From the IMG/VR virus record IMGVR_UViG_3300035698_009139: DNA of 64,000 bases, one strand, 5' to 3'. Source of the stretch: a virus. Every line of letters begins with the position of its first letter. Position 1 is the first letter of the stretch. The position numbers and the translations under genes were made by a program. A model generated the notes under the pieces. That model worked only from the letters and a program-made list of their open reading frames with translations. It did no database searches and was not told the DNA's origin. This document shows positions 62,854-64,000 of the stretch, one piece after another.

Positions 62854-64000
62854 TTATCCACTCGCTATGAATCAATGGCATCCAGCTTCCGTCGAAAAGG
62901 GCGTAGAGGTTTTACGAAGTGGTATGTGCACGATGGGGGAGCAGACGTGGATCTTTGAGCAAGATTTTGCGGCGTTCCATGACGTCAATCACGCAATAAT
63001 GGTCAACAGCGGCAGTAGTGCAAATCTGATTGCATTGGCCGCCCTAGTTGAATTGGATGTAATCGGGCCCGGCGATAAGATTGCCGTTCCTGCAGTCAGT
63101 TGGAGCACTACATACTTTCCGTTGCTGCAACTGGGTCTAGTGCCTTGCTTCGTTGATGTTGATGCTGTCACAATGAATGTCAATGTTGATAAGCTGGCCA
63201 ATTACTTCAATGCAAACCCGGACATCATCGCCATGTTTGCAGTCAACGTGTTGGGATGCCCGAGTGATCTGGTTGGCCTGGTTGATTTGTGCCTCGAACA
63301 CGATGTCATATTGTTTGAAGACAATTGTGAGAGTTTGGGAGCCACCTACGCTCATGGCAAGCGGGCTGGAACTGCCGGCTGGTTTGGCACATCCAGCTTT
63401 TTCTACAGCCATCACATCAGCACAATAGAGGGTGGGATGATTGTAACAAACGATGATGCAATCGCCGCAACGTGTCGGTCACTTAGAGCTCATGGCTGGT
63501 TGAGGGATTCAGATATGGACGCTATGTATGAAGCCACACAAGAGCAGTGCTTCGACCGCGATCAGTATGACGATTTCAAGTTCGCATTCACATTTGCAAC
63601 TCAAGGATACAGCGTCCGCCCGACCGATGTGTCCGCTGCGATCGGCCGAGAAGAGTTGAAGCACTTGCCTTCGTATCTGCACGCCCGAGCCGTCAACCGA
63701 GCCAAGTTCCGCAAGAAATTCGATAACCACCCAGATGTTATGATCCAGCGGAAATCCCATATGTTTGATATGCCGTCATGGTTTGGGCTTGCAATGGTGA
63801 CTAGAGGGAAGTTAACACATAGGCGGATGCGACTATATGATGAGCTGAAGAAACGGGGTATTGCCTCCCGCCCAATCATCGCAGGAGACTTTACCAGACA
63901 GCCAGTGATGAGAAGGTTGCGGCCAGACCAAGACTTCAAGATTGCACCGCATCTGTTCCTGTCATCCAGCGGCACAGATTATATTGATAAGCACGGGTTG
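62843..64000 (+). CDS. PLP-dependent DegT-family enzyme, ColD-type GDP-4-keto-6-deoxymannose 3-dehydratase (3' truncated)
   Basis: Not in the ORF track (runs off the window). MVNSGSSANL, EDNCESLG, SFFYSHHISTIEGG (His at the usual Schiff-base Lys position), LRAHGW, GYSVRPTD. Confidence 0.8.
   Translation, partial: MTVNYPLAMNQWHPASVEKGVEVLRSGMCTMGEQTWIFEQDFAAFHDVNHAIMVNSGSSANLIALAALVELDVIGPGDKIAVPAVSWSTTYFPLLQLGLVPCFVDVDAVTMNVNVDKLANYFNANPDIIAMFAVNVLGCPSDLVGLVDLCLEHDVILFEDNCESLGATYAHGKRAGTAGWFGTSSFFYSHHISTIEGGMIVTNDDAIAATCRSLRAHGWLRDSDMDAMYEATQEQCFDRDQYDDFKFAFTFATQGYSVRPTDVSAAIGREELKHLPSYLHARAVNRAKFRKKFDNHPDVMIQRKSHMFDMPSWFGLAMVTRGKLTHRRMRLYDELKKRGIASRPIIAGDFTRQPVMRRLRPDQDFKIAPHLFLSSSGTDYIDKHGL

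Noticed and set aside
1-64000. Numerous minus-strand and nested ORFs in the six-frame track
   Set aside because: All lie antisense to or inside well-supported + strand genes and show no recognisable motifs; treated as shadows
1-64000. Stop-codon reassignment
   Set aside because: Core genes are full length in the standard code and end in TAA, TAG and TGA
1-64000. tRNA genes, CRISPR arrays, DGR template/variable repeats
   Set aside because: Intergenic gaps are short and show no cloverleaf or repeat-spacer pattern; no reverse transcriptase; the 300-bp repeats differ mainly at synonymous sites, not specifically at adenines
1-64000. Impression that GATC and CGGCCG are frequent (no restriction-site avoidance, consistent with modified DNA)
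   Set aside because: Cannot be quantified by eye; needs observed/expected k-mer counts

Overview
A 64 kb, gene-dense segment of a T4-like (Tevenvirinae-type gene set) myophage genome, with essentially all genes on the + strand. The order is: tail and head morphogenesis (gp15-16-17-18-19-20, a ~7.4 kb insert of collagen/lectin/repeat fibre-like genes, head core genes, gp21-22-23, gp3); recombination and late transcription (uvsY, uvsW, gp55, gp47, gp46); peptide deformylase; a 7-deazaguanine DNA-modification cluster (queD, queE, folE2, DpdL-like, TGT/DpdA-like, no queC in the window); replisome (gp45, 44, 62, regA, 43, uvsX, 41); late virion/internal-protein genes; a GH108 lysis cassette; primase, thyX, nrdA/nrdB and dCMP deaminase; and the start of a GDP-sugar cluster (GT11-like, gmd, colD-type). 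T4 late promoters (TATAAATA) and sigma70-type promoters are visible. The most striking unexplained signal is three separate genes in the replication/metabolism regions that are recognisable pieces of the phage's own major capsid protein: a collinear 193-aa mini-gp23, a stand-alone Gol-peptide homologue and a spine-helix fusion. These may be a capsid-mimic/decoy system. Also notable are an unlisted 59-aa ORF with a T4 internal-protein capsid-targeting signal inside the DNA-modification cluster, a peptide motif shared by three putative head proteins, a duplicated leader ahead of gp47 and gp43, and two frameshifted genes. All assignments come from motif recognition and synteny by eye; no database search was run.
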